From Mytilus trossulus (lineage: Eukaryota), in NCBI RefSeq assembly GCF_036588685.1, contig NC_086374.1, positions 42,718,001-42,782,000 of the forward strand: a stretch of DNA of 64,000 bases. Direction: 5' to 3'. A model generated the notes under the pieces. The model was not told the DNA's origin. It did no database searches and saw only the letters and a list, made by a program, of their open reading frames with translations. Positions 63,631 through 64,000 of this stretch are shown here, piece by piece. The stretch's first letter is position 1; each line of letters starts with the position of its first letter. Made by a program: the position numbers and the translations under genes.

Positions 63631-64000
63631 AGCACTATATATTAAACCTTAATTTACATAATGTTGATCTATCACATTTGGATTTACATTGATCAACATA
63701 CAAGGGTCTTTTATTTGGTTTATATAGTATATTAAAAAAGTATAATTTTTTATTTTGATTGATGTCAGCTAGTCTCTTGCTCCTGGAAGGCTATATCATT
63801 GATTCTCTCAATTATATGCTAAGGACTTCATAGCTCAAAACAATTATACATTTGGTATTGACTTGATTTTTTAAGATTTTTTTTATTCAGTTTTACAAGC
63901 TCCTATTGCAATATTCTCTCAGAAAATACTTTTAACATAAAACCTCATGTATTAACATATATATATTTGTACTAACACATTGTATGGCAGATAAAATAAA

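Overview
AT-rich, intron-containing, repeat-dense invertebrate DNA. The interspersed repeats look like those of a marine mussel (Mytilus-like; inferred from recognising repeat families, not from a search). Reading splice sites by hand gives these genes: (A) a minus-strand gene running off the left edge (signal-peptide exon plus a short S/T/N/D-rich exon); (B) a 3-exon, ~637-aa mucin-stalk type I membrane protein whose tail is dense in Tyr/SH3/PDZ motifs, head-to-head with A; (C) a 3-exon, ~219-aa claudin/PMP22-like four-TM protein; a disrupted intronless Toll-like receptor; (D) a 4-exon, ~465-aa poly-Ser/Thr type I membrane protein; an NHL/beta-propeller gene without visible TRIM domains; and an MCUR1/CCDC90-family gene with an intronless CDS. 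Mobile DNA includes a 5'-truncated LINE with an open RT ORF, Penelope-like RT remnants and their 3' tails, several hammerhead-ribozyme (retrozyme-like) units, many MITEs and HINEs, a 4.1-kb fold-back element made of two inverted Academ-like 3' halves, and a 3.4-kb element with ~238-bp TIRs, CAC termini and a 5-bp TSD (Transib/RAG-like signature). All family names come from motif recognition; no database searches were run.
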